A stretch of DNA of 57,636 bases from an uncultured Chitinophagales bacterium (lineage in GTDB: Bacteria > Bacteroidota > Rhodothermia > Balneolales > DATFMH01): the NCBI GenBank assembly GCA_964572735.1, contig CAZNHE010000011.1, positions 1-57,636 on the forward strand, written 5' to 3'. The notes under the pieces are model-generated. The model worked only from the letters and a program-made list of their open reading frames with translations, was not told where the DNA came from and did no database searches. This document shows positions 39,482 through 48,838 of the stretch, piece by piece (the stretch's first letter is position 1; every line of letters begins with the position of its first letter). A program made the translations under genes and the position numbers.

Positions 39482-40783
39482 TCATTTCTCTTTAAAGACC
39501 ATTGTGATGGGTACCCCTTCGAAGCCGAAAGTATCACGCAGGCGGTTTTCGATAAACCTGCGGTAATTGGCAGGCAGATCGAACGGACGATTCATAAAAA
39601 ATGAGAAAACGGGCGGGTTGGATTTCACCTGTGTGGCGTACTTAATAGAGAGTGTGTGTCCTCTTTTCTGGGGCAGAGGCCGTTCTTTGGCGAGAGCAGC
39701 CAGGAAGCGGTTTAACTCTCCCGTGCCGATACTCTTCCGCCGTTCGGCAAGGATCTTATCCACAAGCTCCATTATTTTATGAATCCGCTGCCCCGTCAAT
39801 GCAGAAGCCGGGAGGACAGGCACGTACCGCATGTCCGGAATGCGGTTGTAAATAGCATCTACATAAAGGTTATAGCTCCCGGAATCTTTCTCCACCAGAT
39901 CCCATTTGTTGATTACAATGAATATCCCCTTGTTGAATTTTTCGGCTTCTTTAAGTACGTGAATATCCTGACTCTCGAACCCGACCACAGCATCTATCAG
40001 CAAAACAGCCACATCGCATTCGTGGATGCTGCGAAAGGAACGCAATGAACTATAAAACTCCACGCTCTCCTTGATGCGGGTTTTACGTCTTAACCCTGCT
40101 GTGTCGATAATCTCGTAACATTTGCCGTAATATTTCAGAATACTGTTGATAGAGTCGCGCGTGGTGCCGGCAACCTCCGAGACCATACTTCGCTGGTTGT
40201 TCAGCAGCTTGTTCACGAGGCTGCTTTTGCCCACATTCGGGCGGCCCACGATGGCCAGTTTGGGATATCCGGTTGGAGCTTCTCCCGGACGATCCGGAAG
40301 CAGCTCTGCCACCCGGTCGAGCAGCTCGCCCGTTCCGCTGCCGTTGATGGATGAGATAGGATAGATCTCCCCGAAGCCCAGCTCATAAAATTCATTCGCA
40401 TCCAGTCTGTACTTTGGGTTGTCGGCCTTGTTCGCCGCCAGAATCACCGGCTTGTTCTGCCTGCGAAGCATCCGGGTGACCGCCCGGTCGAGCTCAACAA
40501 TGCCTGAACGGACATCAACCAAAAAAATAAGCACATCCGCCTCATCAATAGCCATATCGATCTGATCCCGGATGCTGGCCAGGATCTCATCGGGGTCGTC
40601 AGGCACATATCCGCCCGTGTCGATCACGCGGAAGTCTCTGCCATTCCAGAAAGTCTCTCCGTAGTGACGGTCGCGGGTAACTCCTGCCGCGTCGTGCACA
40701 ATCGCTTTGCGTTCCCCGATCAACCGGTTGAAAAACGTAGATTTGCCCACATTGGGTCTTCCTATAATTGCTGCAACCGCCAC
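39482..40783 (-). CDS. der: Ribosome biogenesis GTPase Der
   Basis: Two G domains GRPNVGKS / DTGG / DTAG / NKAD / NKWD and a KH-like C-terminus. Confidence 0.97.
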   Translation of the reverse strand: MAVAAIIGRPNVGKSTFFNRLIGERKAIVHDAAGVTRDRHYGETFWNGRDFRVIDTGGYVPDDPDEILASIRDQIDMAIDEADVLIFLVDVRSGIVELDRAVTRMLRRQNKPVILAANKADNPKYRLDANEFYELGFGEIYPISSINGSGTGELLDRVAELLPDRPGEAPTGYPKLAIVGRPNVGKSSLVNKLLNNQRSMVSEVAGTTRDSINSILKYYGKCYEIIDTAGLRRKTRIKESVEFYSSLRSFRSIHECDVAVLLIDAVVGFESQDIHVLKEAEKFNKGIFIVINKWDLVEKDSGSYNLYVDAIYNRIPDMRYVPVLPASALTGQRIHKIMELVDKILAERRKSIGTGELNRFLAALAKERPLPQKRGHTLSIKYATQVKSNPPVFSFFMNRPFDLPANYRRFIENRLRDTFGFEGVPITMVFKEK

Positions 40784-40943
40784 GATATTATCCTGATATT
40801 TCTTTATATTGATGAGATCCGGGCTTTGCGAAAGGCTGAAAACGGCAATAGGGGACGGAATCGCGACGAAGTACCTCTATCCCAAAGCTGTCGGATGAAA
40901 CCGGTAAAAATAGCAATTATCTGAATAACACGCGGCATCTATC

Positions 40944-41186
40944 ATGCTTAAATGGATTTACGATTCCCTGGGATTCTTCTTAACATTCGCCATATCCATC
41001 GTTATTTTCCTGTTATTCATTTGCTATCTGGCCGGAATAGCGGGTATTTCTGACCTGCATATCTCTGAAAAAAAGAAAAACTGGCTGCTGGTCGCGAGTG
41101 TCGTTATTTTACCATACCCGGTAATCTGGCTCTTTATGAACATCCTTCAGCAGAAAAAACGCCTGACTCTGGACGCCCGGCAATAA
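40944..41186 (+). CDS. Small two-TM hypothetical protein
   Basis: 80 aa, two hydrophobic helices, fills an intergenic gap. Confidence 0.65.
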   Translation: MLKWIYDSLGFFLTFAISIVIFLLFICYLAGIAGISDLHISEKKKNWLLVASVVILPYPVIWLFMNILQQKKRLTLDARQ

Positions 41187-41197
41187 CCTCATTCATT

Positions 41198-43201
41198 TTA
41201 TTCCGGAAGAGCCTTCGCCTCTGCAGACGGCTGTTCCACCAACAGCCACGGCTCAAGGTTTTCTTCGCCGATATCCTGGAGGAAACGGGAAAGATTGGTG
41301 AAATATTCTCCATAACTCATATCCCGGACAACCGGCCAGGTCAGGTACAGGTTGGATCGCGCCCGCGTACAGGCCACATATAAAAGCCGGAGTTCCTCAT
41401 CCAGTTCTTCCTCCTTTTTTACAGAATACCCTGAAGGGATGACCCCGTCGAGGCATTGTATGATGAATACCTGATCCCACTCAAGTCCCTTGGCGGAATG
41501 AATCGTACTCAACACCAGCGGCATCTCATCCCGATCGGAGCCCTTTGTATCCACTGCCGTTGCTTCGATCGGATCCAGAGCGAGTTCGTCGAGTAGTTTT
41601 TGCAGATCGGAGTAGTTTTCAGCAATGCCTGCAAAGGTATCAAGATCCTTCATCCTTTTAGGATAGTCGTCGAATTTCTTCTTGCAAAGAGGTTTATAAT
41701 AGGCAACAATACGGCCAACCGCCTCTGCCGTTGCATAATCTTTATTCCTGAGATCCTGCAGCAAGCTGCTCAGCAAGTGAATTTGCTGCAGGTAACGTTC
41801 CGTAACCAAATGGGAAGCATCCACTTCATAAGGATTCTGCTGCTTGCCGAGCCATTCCGCCAGATCGCCTGCGGTCTTGGGTCCCACTCCTTCTATCAAT
41901 TGTAAAATACGGTTCCAGGCAATGGCATCTTTCGGATTCACCACCACACGGATATGAGCAAGCACATCCTTGATATGAGCGGCTTCGGTGAGTTTCTGGC
42001 CGCCAAACTTCACGAACGGAATCTTTTTCTGATTCAGCTCAACTTCCAGGTCGAATGAATCGCGGGCATTACGAAAAAGGACCGCCATATCGGCAAGTGC
42101 TATCCCCTGCTCTCTGAGGTTCAGGATCATCTGGCTCAGAAACCGCGACTGGTCCCGGTCGTCCGGAGCTTTAACCAGGGCCGGCAATTCTCCGGGATTG
42201 TTTCGGGTGAAAAGCCGTTTGTCGAATTTATTTTGGGCCTGATCCAGCAGTTTATTCGCCAGATTGAGGATATTTTGCGTGGAACGGTAGTTTTCTTCCA
42301 GTTTGATAATTTCGGTATCCGGGAACTGTTCCGGAAACTGCATGATATTCCGGTGATCGGCTCCGCGGAAGGAATAGATACTCTGGGCATCGTCACCCAC
42401 CGCCATCACGTTGCCATGCCGTGAGGAAAATAAGCGTACCAGTTTTGCCTGCAGCGCATTGGTATCCTGGTATTCATCTACCATTACAAAGCGGTTTTTC
42501 CCCGACACCCGTTCACGGACGTGCTCATGATCCGCCAGGAGGTTACAGGTCTCGAGCAGTAAATCGTCAAAATCCATCACACCGTTCGACTGTTTATACC
42601 TCCGGTAGCGATCCGCAATTTCTTCGATGCGGTCGATATGCGTCAGAAACTGGGGATATTGCCGGTCGACGATCTCGTGAAGCGACTGCTGTTTGTTAAT
42701 CGCCGTGCTGATTATCTGATACAGCGTGTTCTTTCGCGGAAACCGCTCTTTGAGTTTATTGAATTTTCGTTCGGAACGAATACTCTGAAGGATGTCCATG
42801 GCATCGCCGGCATCAAGAATGGTGAAATTCCGCGGATATCCAATCTCTTCATGGTAGCGATGAAGCAGGCTGTTGCAATAAAAATGGAAGGTACCTCCCC
42901 TCACGTTCCTGCACCGCCGGTCGAGCAGGTCTGCGGCACGGGACAACATCTCCCGGGCAGCCCTCCGGGTGAAGGTGAGCAGAAGAATATGCGCCGGATC
43001 AACCCCGCTCTCCACCAGCCGGGCCACACGGTAGATAAGGGTACGGGTCTTGCCCGTACCCGCTCCGGCGATCACAAGAGCTGCCCCGCCATCCAGAAAT
43101 ACGGCCCTTCTCTGCCGGGGGTTCAGCAATTCATCGTAGGGAATGGTGTAAGCCGTTTCTGACGGGCGGGGTTCATCGTTTTGAAGGACGAATTTCTTCA
43201 T
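41198..43201 (-). CDS. UvrD/PcrA/Rep-family SF1 DNA helicase
   Basis: AGAGTGKT, LTFTRRAA, VDEYQD, VGDDAQSIYSFRGA, LEENYRS, STIHSAKGLEW, YVACTRA. Confidence 0.95.
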   Translation of the reverse strand: MKKFVLQNDEPRPSETAYTIPYDELLNPRQRRAVFLDGGAALVIAGAGTGKTRTLIYRVARLVESGVDPAHILLLTFTRRAAREMLSRAADLLDRRCRNVRGGTFHFYCNSLLHRYHEEIGYPRNFTILDAGDAMDILQSIRSERKFNKLKERFPRKNTLYQIISTAINKQQSLHEIVDRQYPQFLTHIDRIEEIADRYRRYKQSNGVMDFDDLLLETCNLLADHEHVRERVSGKNRFVMVDEYQDTNALQAKLVRLFSSRHGNVMAVGDDAQSIYSFRGADHRNIMQFPEQFPDTEIIKLEENYRSTQNILNLANKLLDQAQNKFDKRLFTRNNPGELPALVKAPDDRDQSRFLSQMILNLREQGIALADMAVLFRNARDSFDLEVELNQKKIPFVKFGGQKLTEAAHIKDVLAHIRVVVNPKDAIAWNRILQLIEGVGPKTAGDLAEWLGKQQNPYEVDASHLVTERYLQQIHLLSSLLQDLRNKDYATAEAVGRIVAYYKPLCKKKFDDYPKRMKDLDTFAGIAENYSDLQKLLDELALDPIEATAVDTKGSDRDEMPLVLSTIHSAKGLEWDQVFIIQCLDGVIPSGYSVKKEEELDEELRLLYVACTRARSNLYLTWPVVRDMSYGEYFTNLSRFLQDIGEENLEPWLLVEQPSAEAKALPE

Positions 43202-43464
43202 AGCCTCAAAATAGGAAATGCCCGGATATATATGAAATATGTGTAGCGATCTCCGGCCACATAGAGAGATTCACATAAAATAACTCAAAAACGGTGCAGA
43301 TGTCTGGCGAGATTCTCCCGGCGGCCGGATTAATCCGGGGATCCCGCCCCGGATCTTTTGCGCCGGAGAATATTTTTAATTTATGCATCCCACCGATATA
43401 TTCCGTTGTCATTTTACATTTTGTCTGCCGGAATGCAGATCTTCATAAGAATAAATCACAGATC

Positions 43465-45477
43465 ATGGCTACAGGGATCCCCCATAAATCGCGCTTGTTG
43501 ACAACGGTTATGCTTCTCACGATCATTTGCTGGTCGTGCAGCAGTTCAAAAAAAACAAAAACTTCTGCCAGTGATTCCATCGATGTGGTTGGTTATGTGG
43601 GAGATACTCCTGTCACGTACCGGCAATTACTGGATCAGTACACTACTTCCGGTTCCCATGAGGCCTTCAAGAAAGATTCCGCCACCTACCGGGATCTCTC
43701 TCAGTTTCTGGATTTATATCTGACTTACCGGGCAAAGCTGCTGGAAGCCCGGGATGCAGGATATTATCAGCAAAAAGAGATCCGGGACGAACTGGATCAG
43801 TATGCCCGTCAATATGCCTATACTTACTGGATGGACAAAAGGATACGTGATGAGTTGCTCGATACCCTCATCGCCCGCTCAAAGTACGATGTTCATGTCT
43901 CCCATATCCTGATCGTACTCCCGCGGGATGCTTCTCCCAAAGATACCCTGGCAGCCTGGAACAAGCTCATGGAAGCCCGCAGGGAGTTTCTTCAGGGAAA
44001 ACCTTTTCCCGAGCTCGTAAAAGAATATGCGACAAAACGCAACGGACGAAGTCTGGGTGGAGATCTGGGATATATCTCGGCCGGAAAAACGGTCAAGCCT
44101 TTTGAAGACGCCGCCTATAACACGCCTGTCGACAGTATTTCAATGCCCGTACGCTCGCAGTTCGGGTATCACCTGATTTATGTCCAGGGACGCCGCAAAC
44201 ATCAGCCCGACCGCCTTGTTTCCCATATCTTCTTCCGCACGGACGGAAAGGGCCGTTCGATCTCAAGAGCAATGAAACAGGCCGACAGCGTGTATTCTCT
44301 GCTCAAAAACGGTGCTTCCTGGAATAAGATGGTGCAATTATCGCAGGATCCACCCAGCCGCCAGCAAAACGGCCTGATAGGATGGGTCAACAGGAAGCGA
44401 TACCGCCCGACATTCAGCGATACCGTCTTCTCAATCAGAAAACTTCATACGCCCTATCATCCTTTCTACAGCGGTTACGGCGTGCACATCATCCGAATCG
44501 ATTCGATCCGCACCTTTCCGGACAAAAAAGCGGAAAGAGCTTTCTGGTTGAGAGAGCTTAAGCGCATGCCCAGGTACCGGAATCACAAAAAGTATATCCT
44601 GGAGCAGGTTGAAAAGCTCGGAGGTGCACAGGTTTATGCTCCTGCCTATGATAGTCTTGCAGAATTAATAGCCCGGAGGGATTCGATTGATTTATCGCAT
44701 CCGGAGCTGCCGCAGGAACTGCTGGCAAAACCCTTTTACAGTATCAATAATCAAACTTATACGGGTGCCGATTTCGTCAAATGGCTCAGGGAAGAACGCC
44801 CGGACCAACGCCGTTTCCCTCACCTTTATTCCCGGTTTTCCGAATTTCAGGACTCCCTCGCCAGAAAGGAACTCGTGTCTGTGACCGGGGAACGGTTCCC
44901 AAAATACAAACAGGAGGTTCAACGCTATCTTGACGGCCTGGTGGTTTACAAGATCACGGACGACTCGGTGTGGAGTTATGTCCGCCGCGACACTACTGCG
45001 CTTCGCAGCCTGTTTGCTTCGGATTCGCTCAAATACTGGTATCCGACCCGCTACAAATACTACGAAATCACATCCGACGAAGATTCCACGCTGAACCTTG
45101 CCGCGCATCTGTTGAAAAACGGGGTCGTCCCCGACAGTCTCAATAATCATATCGGCCGGAAATACCTATCGGTACGGGAAAATATCGCCTCGGACCCGAA
45201 GGCCGTATCCTATCAGCGCCTGGAAAAATTACACGAAGGGGGAGTGAGTTCTGCCTTTACCGTGGATGGCCGCCATCATGTCCTTTATCTGAACGCGATT
45301 ATGAAGCCACGACCAATGACATTTAAAGAGGCATATAATCAACTATCTTCCGATTATCTGCCGATAAGGAAAAAGGAGTGGCTGAACCGGCTGCACGAAA
45401 AATATAATGTTCACCGGGCCGGACCCGATCATCTGAAAAAGGCATTCTGGACAAAAGATCCGGATGAAGGATCTTAA
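43465..45477 (+). CDS. Lipoprotein peptidyl-prolyl isomerase with parvulin domains (SurA-like)
   Basis: Lipobox CWSC; VSHIL...GGDLGY...PFEDAAY...SQFGYHLI and a second SHIFF...YGVHII; start placed at ATG 43465. Confidence 0.88.
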   Translation: MATGIPHKSRLLTTVMLLTIICWSCSSSKKTKTSASDSIDVVGYVGDTPVTYRQLLDQYTTSGSHEAFKKDSATYRDLSQFLDLYLTYRAKLLEARDAGYYQQKEIRDELDQYARQYAYTYWMDKRIRDELLDTLIARSKYDVHVSHILIVLPRDASPKDTLAAWNKLMEARREFLQGKPFPELVKEYATKRNGRSLGGDLGYISAGKTVKPFEDAAYNTPVDSISMPVRSQFGYHLIYVQGRRKHQPDRLVSHIFFRTDGKGRSISRAMKQADSVYSLLKNGASWNKMVQLSQDPPSRQQNGLIGWVNRKRYRPTFSDTVFSIRKLHTPYHPFYSGYGVHIIRIDSIRTFPDKKAERAFWLRELKRMPRYRNHKKYILEQVEKLGGAQVYAPAYDSLAELIARRDSIDLSHPELPQELLAKPFYSINNQTYTGADFVKWLREERPDQRRFPHLYSRFSEFQDSLARKELVSVTGERFPKYKQEVQRYLDGLVVYKITDDSVWSYVRRDTTALRSLFASDSLKYWYPTRYKYYEITSDEDSTLNLAAHLLKNGVVPDSLNNHIGRKYLSVRENIASDPKAVSYQRLEKLHEGGVSSAFTVDGRHHVLYLNAIMKPRPMTFKEAYNQLSSDYLPIRKKEWLNRLHEKYNVHRAGPDHLKKAFWTKDPDEGS

Positions 45478-45494
45478 ACCCGCCTTACAAGTTT

Positions 45495-46406
45495 ATGTTG
45501 AAGACGTATCTGCATTATTCTGTTTATCTCCTTGCGGCATTTTCGGTGGCAGGATCGTTCTCCGGGTGTTCCCGGAAGGCTCCGGCAACTGATAGCAGAA
45601 TTGTGGCCCGTGTAGGTACGGCTACACTTACTTACGATCAGGCCAAATCGCGAATTCCCCATATCGTTTATCAGGAAGACAGCACCGGGGCGGTTTTGCG
45701 ATACCGGAATCACTGGGTCAGGGAGCAGCTCCTGATTCAGGAGGCTGAGCGGGATAACTTCGACCAACAACCTGTTTTTCAGGAAAAACTGAAGGATATG
45801 AAAGGCCAGCTTTTGGCGGAAATGATGCGCACGTATGTGCTCAGCCATGCTGATACCAGCAAGATAACCGACCAGGAAGCACAGAAATATTATGAGGAAC
45901 ATAAAAAGCAATTTGCCCTGAATGAACGCTATGTCCAATTCCGGCATTTGATTGCCGCCACACTCAGCGACGCCAAACAGGCCCGGCAGGATCTGCTGCA
46001 CGGGATCCCCTGGCCGACGGTGGTCAGGAAATACGGTATTCACCCCGACGACCAGTTACGGGCTTCCGAGAAATACTGGCCTATTTCTCTGGCGGCACAC
46101 GATTACCCGATTATAAACCGGTTTCTCCATATCATCGGAAATATGGAGATCTCTCCAATAAGGTATATCAACGGCCGTTATCATTTCGTACAACTGACCG
46201 GGCAGAAGCCAAAAGGAGCACATCCCGGGGTAAGCTGGGCGCTCGACCGGGTAAAGGAATGGCTTAAGCTCCAAAAACGACGGAAGACCCTACGTACATT
46301 CGAGGAGAATCTCTATCTTAGGGCGGAATCGAATAATGAGCTTACGTTGCCGACCATTTTTCCAAACGCCTCCACCGACACGACCGGATCAGCCAATATC
46401 AATTAA
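45495..46406 (+). CDS. PrsA/EpsD-like foldase lipoprotein (degenerate parvulin)
   Basis: Lipobox FSGC, VARVG, ITDQEAQKYYEEHK, ISPI...YHFV. Confidence 0.75.
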   Translation: MLKTYLHYSVYLLAAFSVAGSFSGCSRKAPATDSRIVARVGTATLTYDQAKSRIPHIVYQEDSTGAVLRYRNHWVREQLLIQEAERDNFDQQPVFQEKLKDMKGQLLAEMMRTYVLSHADTSKITDQEAQKYYEEHKKQFALNERYVQFRHLIAATLSDAKQARQDLLHGIPWPTVVRKYGIHPDDQLRASEKYWPISLAAHDYPIINRFLHIIGNMEISPIRYINGRYHFVQLTGQKPKGAHPGVSWALDRVKEWLKLQKRRKTLRTFEENLYLRAESNNELTLPTIFPNASTDTTGSANIN

Positions 46407-46412
46407 TTCTTC

Positions 46413-47795
46413 ATGCGAATCACTAAAATCCGATTTCTTTTTGTTGTCATTTTCAGTCTTATTGTGATTGCTCCCACCGTTCAGGCCCAACAAAAGCAGG
46501 TACTGGATAAAATCGTGGCTCTCGTCAACAACCACATCATCCTGAAATCAGACGTCGATAGCGTTCTGGACCAGTTTCTCCAGCGGTCGCAACAGGTGAA
46601 ATTCTCTAAAGACCTCTGGTATCAGGCGCTGGAATCGGAGATCGACAAGTATGTGCTCCTCGAAAAAGCCAAACTCGATTCCGTGACCGTAACAGACGAG
46701 GATGTAAACCGCGCTCTCGACCAGCGCATCCAGCAGATGGAGCAACAGGCCGGCGGTCAGGAAGCACTGGAAAAATACTTCGGAAAAAGCATCATTCAAT
46801 TGAAATCGGACTGGAAAGAGCTTTATCGGGAAGACGCGATCGTTAATAAAGTCCGCCAAACCGAGCTTAATAAAATAACCATCACACGGCCTGAAGTCAT
46901 CAATTTCTTCAACAGCATACCTAAAGACTCCCTGCCTGCGATCCCGGAGTCCGTCGACCTGGCCCAGATCGTCAGAATCCCCCCTTTGGATAAGAACGCA
47001 CAGCAGGCGGCTTTCAACCTGGCCAAGAGACTGCGTGATTCGATTGTCGTTTATCACAAAAGCTTTTCGGAAATAGCCAAACGATGGAGCGACGGGCCTG
47101 CGGCTTCCAATGGAGGACACATCGGGCTGATCAATGTGAAGGAACTGGTATCTTCCTATTCGGCGGCAGCAGCGGCCCTGCAGCCCGGGGAAATATCCGA
47201 AGTCGTTAAATCTCCCTTCGGGTATCATATTATCAGGCTCAACAGGAGGATTGGCAACAAGATCGACACGGATAACATCCTGATCAAAATCGATTCCGAC
47301 AAAAGAGACGATTCCAAGGCTATCACATTTCTGAAACAGATTCGTGACAGTGTGCTTACCGGCGGCAGGTCGTTTGCAAAAATGGCGCGTAAATATTCCG
47401 ATGACAAAGCCACAGCACCGGCAGGAGGACAACTGGTCGACCCGCAAACCGGAAGTCACTATATCCCTATTAATAAGCTGGATCCTTCGCTGTATCGTAT
47501 TGTTTTGCTGCTTGATAAAGACGGCGCCATCTCGTCTCCCAAGCCCTTCACCATCAAAAACCCCGATGAAGTGAAGGCTTACCGGATCGTTCAGTTGAAG
47601 AAACGTATTAAGGAACATCAGGCCAATCTGGATCAGGATTACGACCTGATCAAACAGTATGCTCTCCAGCAAAAGCAGATGAAGGTGATGTCAAAATGGA
47701 TGCAGGACCTGCGCAACCAGGTGTATGTCGAATATAAAATCCCGGTTCCCCGGAAGGATCAGAACCGGACATTGGGAAAACAACAGACAGGCTAA
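46413..47795 (+). CDS. surA: SurA-like chaperone/PPIase
   Basis: Signal peptide, LDKIVALVN..IILKSD, two parvulin domains (SPFGYHII), DYDLIK. Confidence 0.85.
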   Translation: MRITKIRFLFVVIFSLIVIAPTVQAQQKQVLDKIVALVNNHIILKSDVDSVLDQFLQRSQQVKFSKDLWYQALESEIDKYVLLEKAKLDSVTVTDEDVNRALDQRIQQMEQQAGGQEALEKYFGKSIIQLKSDWKELYREDAIVNKVRQTELNKITITRPEVINFFNSIPKDSLPAIPESVDLAQIVRIPPLDKNAQQAAFNLAKRLRDSIVVYHKSFSEIAKRWSDGPAASNGGHIGLINVKELVSSYSAAAAALQPGEISEVVKSPFGYHIIRLNRRIGNKIDTDNILIKIDSDKRDDSKAITFLKQIRDSVLTGGRSFAKMARKYSDDKATAPAGGQLVDPQTGSHYIPINKLDPSLYRIVLLLDKDGAISSPKPFTIKNPDEVKAYRIVQLKKRIKEHQANLDQDYDLIKQYALQQKQMKVMSKWMQDLRNQVYVEYKIPVPRKDQNRTLGKQQTG

Positions 47796-47798
47796 CGG

Positions 47799-48791
47799 AT
47801 GAAGCATATTCCAAAAGATCCGGACAAGGCGGCCCATTTTTTTCAGGATTCTTTTGAACGGCTCCGCAAGGAAATTGCACGAGTAGTCGTCGGTCAGGAT
47901 ACAACCGTCGAGTTACTGTTGATCAGCCTTTTTTCACGCGGGCACTGTATTCTGATCGGCGTGCCGGGACTGGCCAAGACCCTGCTGGTAAAAACCGTAT
48001 CGCAAACCCTGAATCTGAAGTTCAGCCGTATTCAATTCACTCCGGACCTGATGCCGGGTGATATTACCGGGACGGAAATTATCCAGGAAGATATCAAAAC
48101 AGGTCACAAGGCCTTCCGGTTCATTCATGGGCCTGTTTTTGCCAATATTCTCCTGGCAGATGAAATCAACCGGACACCCCCGAAGACCCAGGCGGCGCTG
48201 CTGGAGGCCATGCAGGAATATCATATAACAGCCTCCGGGAACACCTATGATCTCACTCCGCCCTTTTTTGTGCTGGCTACCCAAAATCCCATTGAACAGG
48301 AAGGCACCTATCCGTTACCCGAGGCCCAGCTCGACCGCTTCATGTTCAACCTCTGGCTTGATTATCCCCGCTTCGAGGAGGAGATCGATATCGTGAAACG
48401 TACAACCGCTTCTCCGGACGCAACCGTCGACCCGGTACTGGATGCCGGCCAGATTCTGGAACTTCAGGCGTTGATCCGGGAGGTGGCCGTCCCGGAGAAC
48501 GTGCTCGATTCGGCGGTACGCCTGGTAAGTATGACACGCCCCAAAACCGATCATGCGCCTGATTTCGTGAATCAATATATGAGCTGGGGAGCCGGGCCGC
48601 GGGCATCTCAGTATCTGATTTTGGGAGGAAAAACACGGGCACTCTCGCAAGGGCGTTATAATGTTACCGAAGAGGACATCCGGGCCCTCGCCATCCCGGT
48701 TTTGCGACACCGCATTGTTCCGAACTATGCGGCCGAAGCCGACGGCGTTGACAGCGTGGGCCTGATCAACGGACTGCTCGACCGGCTTTGA
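47799..48791 (+). CDS. moxR: MoxR-family AAA+ ATPase
   Basis: GVPGLAKT, RIQFTPDLMPGD, LADEINRTPPKTQAALLEAM, ATQNPIEQEGTYPLPEAQLDRF. Confidence 0.95.
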   Translation: MKHIPKDPDKAAHFFQDSFERLRKEIARVVVGQDTTVELLLISLFSRGHCILIGVPGLAKTLLVKTVSQTLNLKFSRIQFTPDLMPGDITGTEIIQEDIKTGHKAFRFIHGPVFANILLADEINRTPPKTQAALLEAMQEYHITASGNTYDLTPPFFVLATQNPIEQEGTYPLPEAQLDRFMFNLWLDYPRFEEEIDIVKRTTASPDATVDPVLDAGQILELQALIREVAVPENVLDSAVRLVSMTRPKTDHAPDFVNQYMSWGAGPRASQYLILGGKTRALSQGRYNVTEEDIRALAIPVLRHRIVPNYAAEADGVDSVGLINGLLDRL

Positions 48792-48838
48792 GCGATTTGC
48801 TTCTTCACCCTAATGACTAACCGATCGAAACGCGGTTT

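Noticed and set aside
46548-47672. 374 aa antisense ORF, and similar shadows such as 1064-1702, 2472-3122, 31317-31961 and 34261-34917
   Set aside because: Fully antisense to well-supported genes with no recognisable motifs; explained by codon bias
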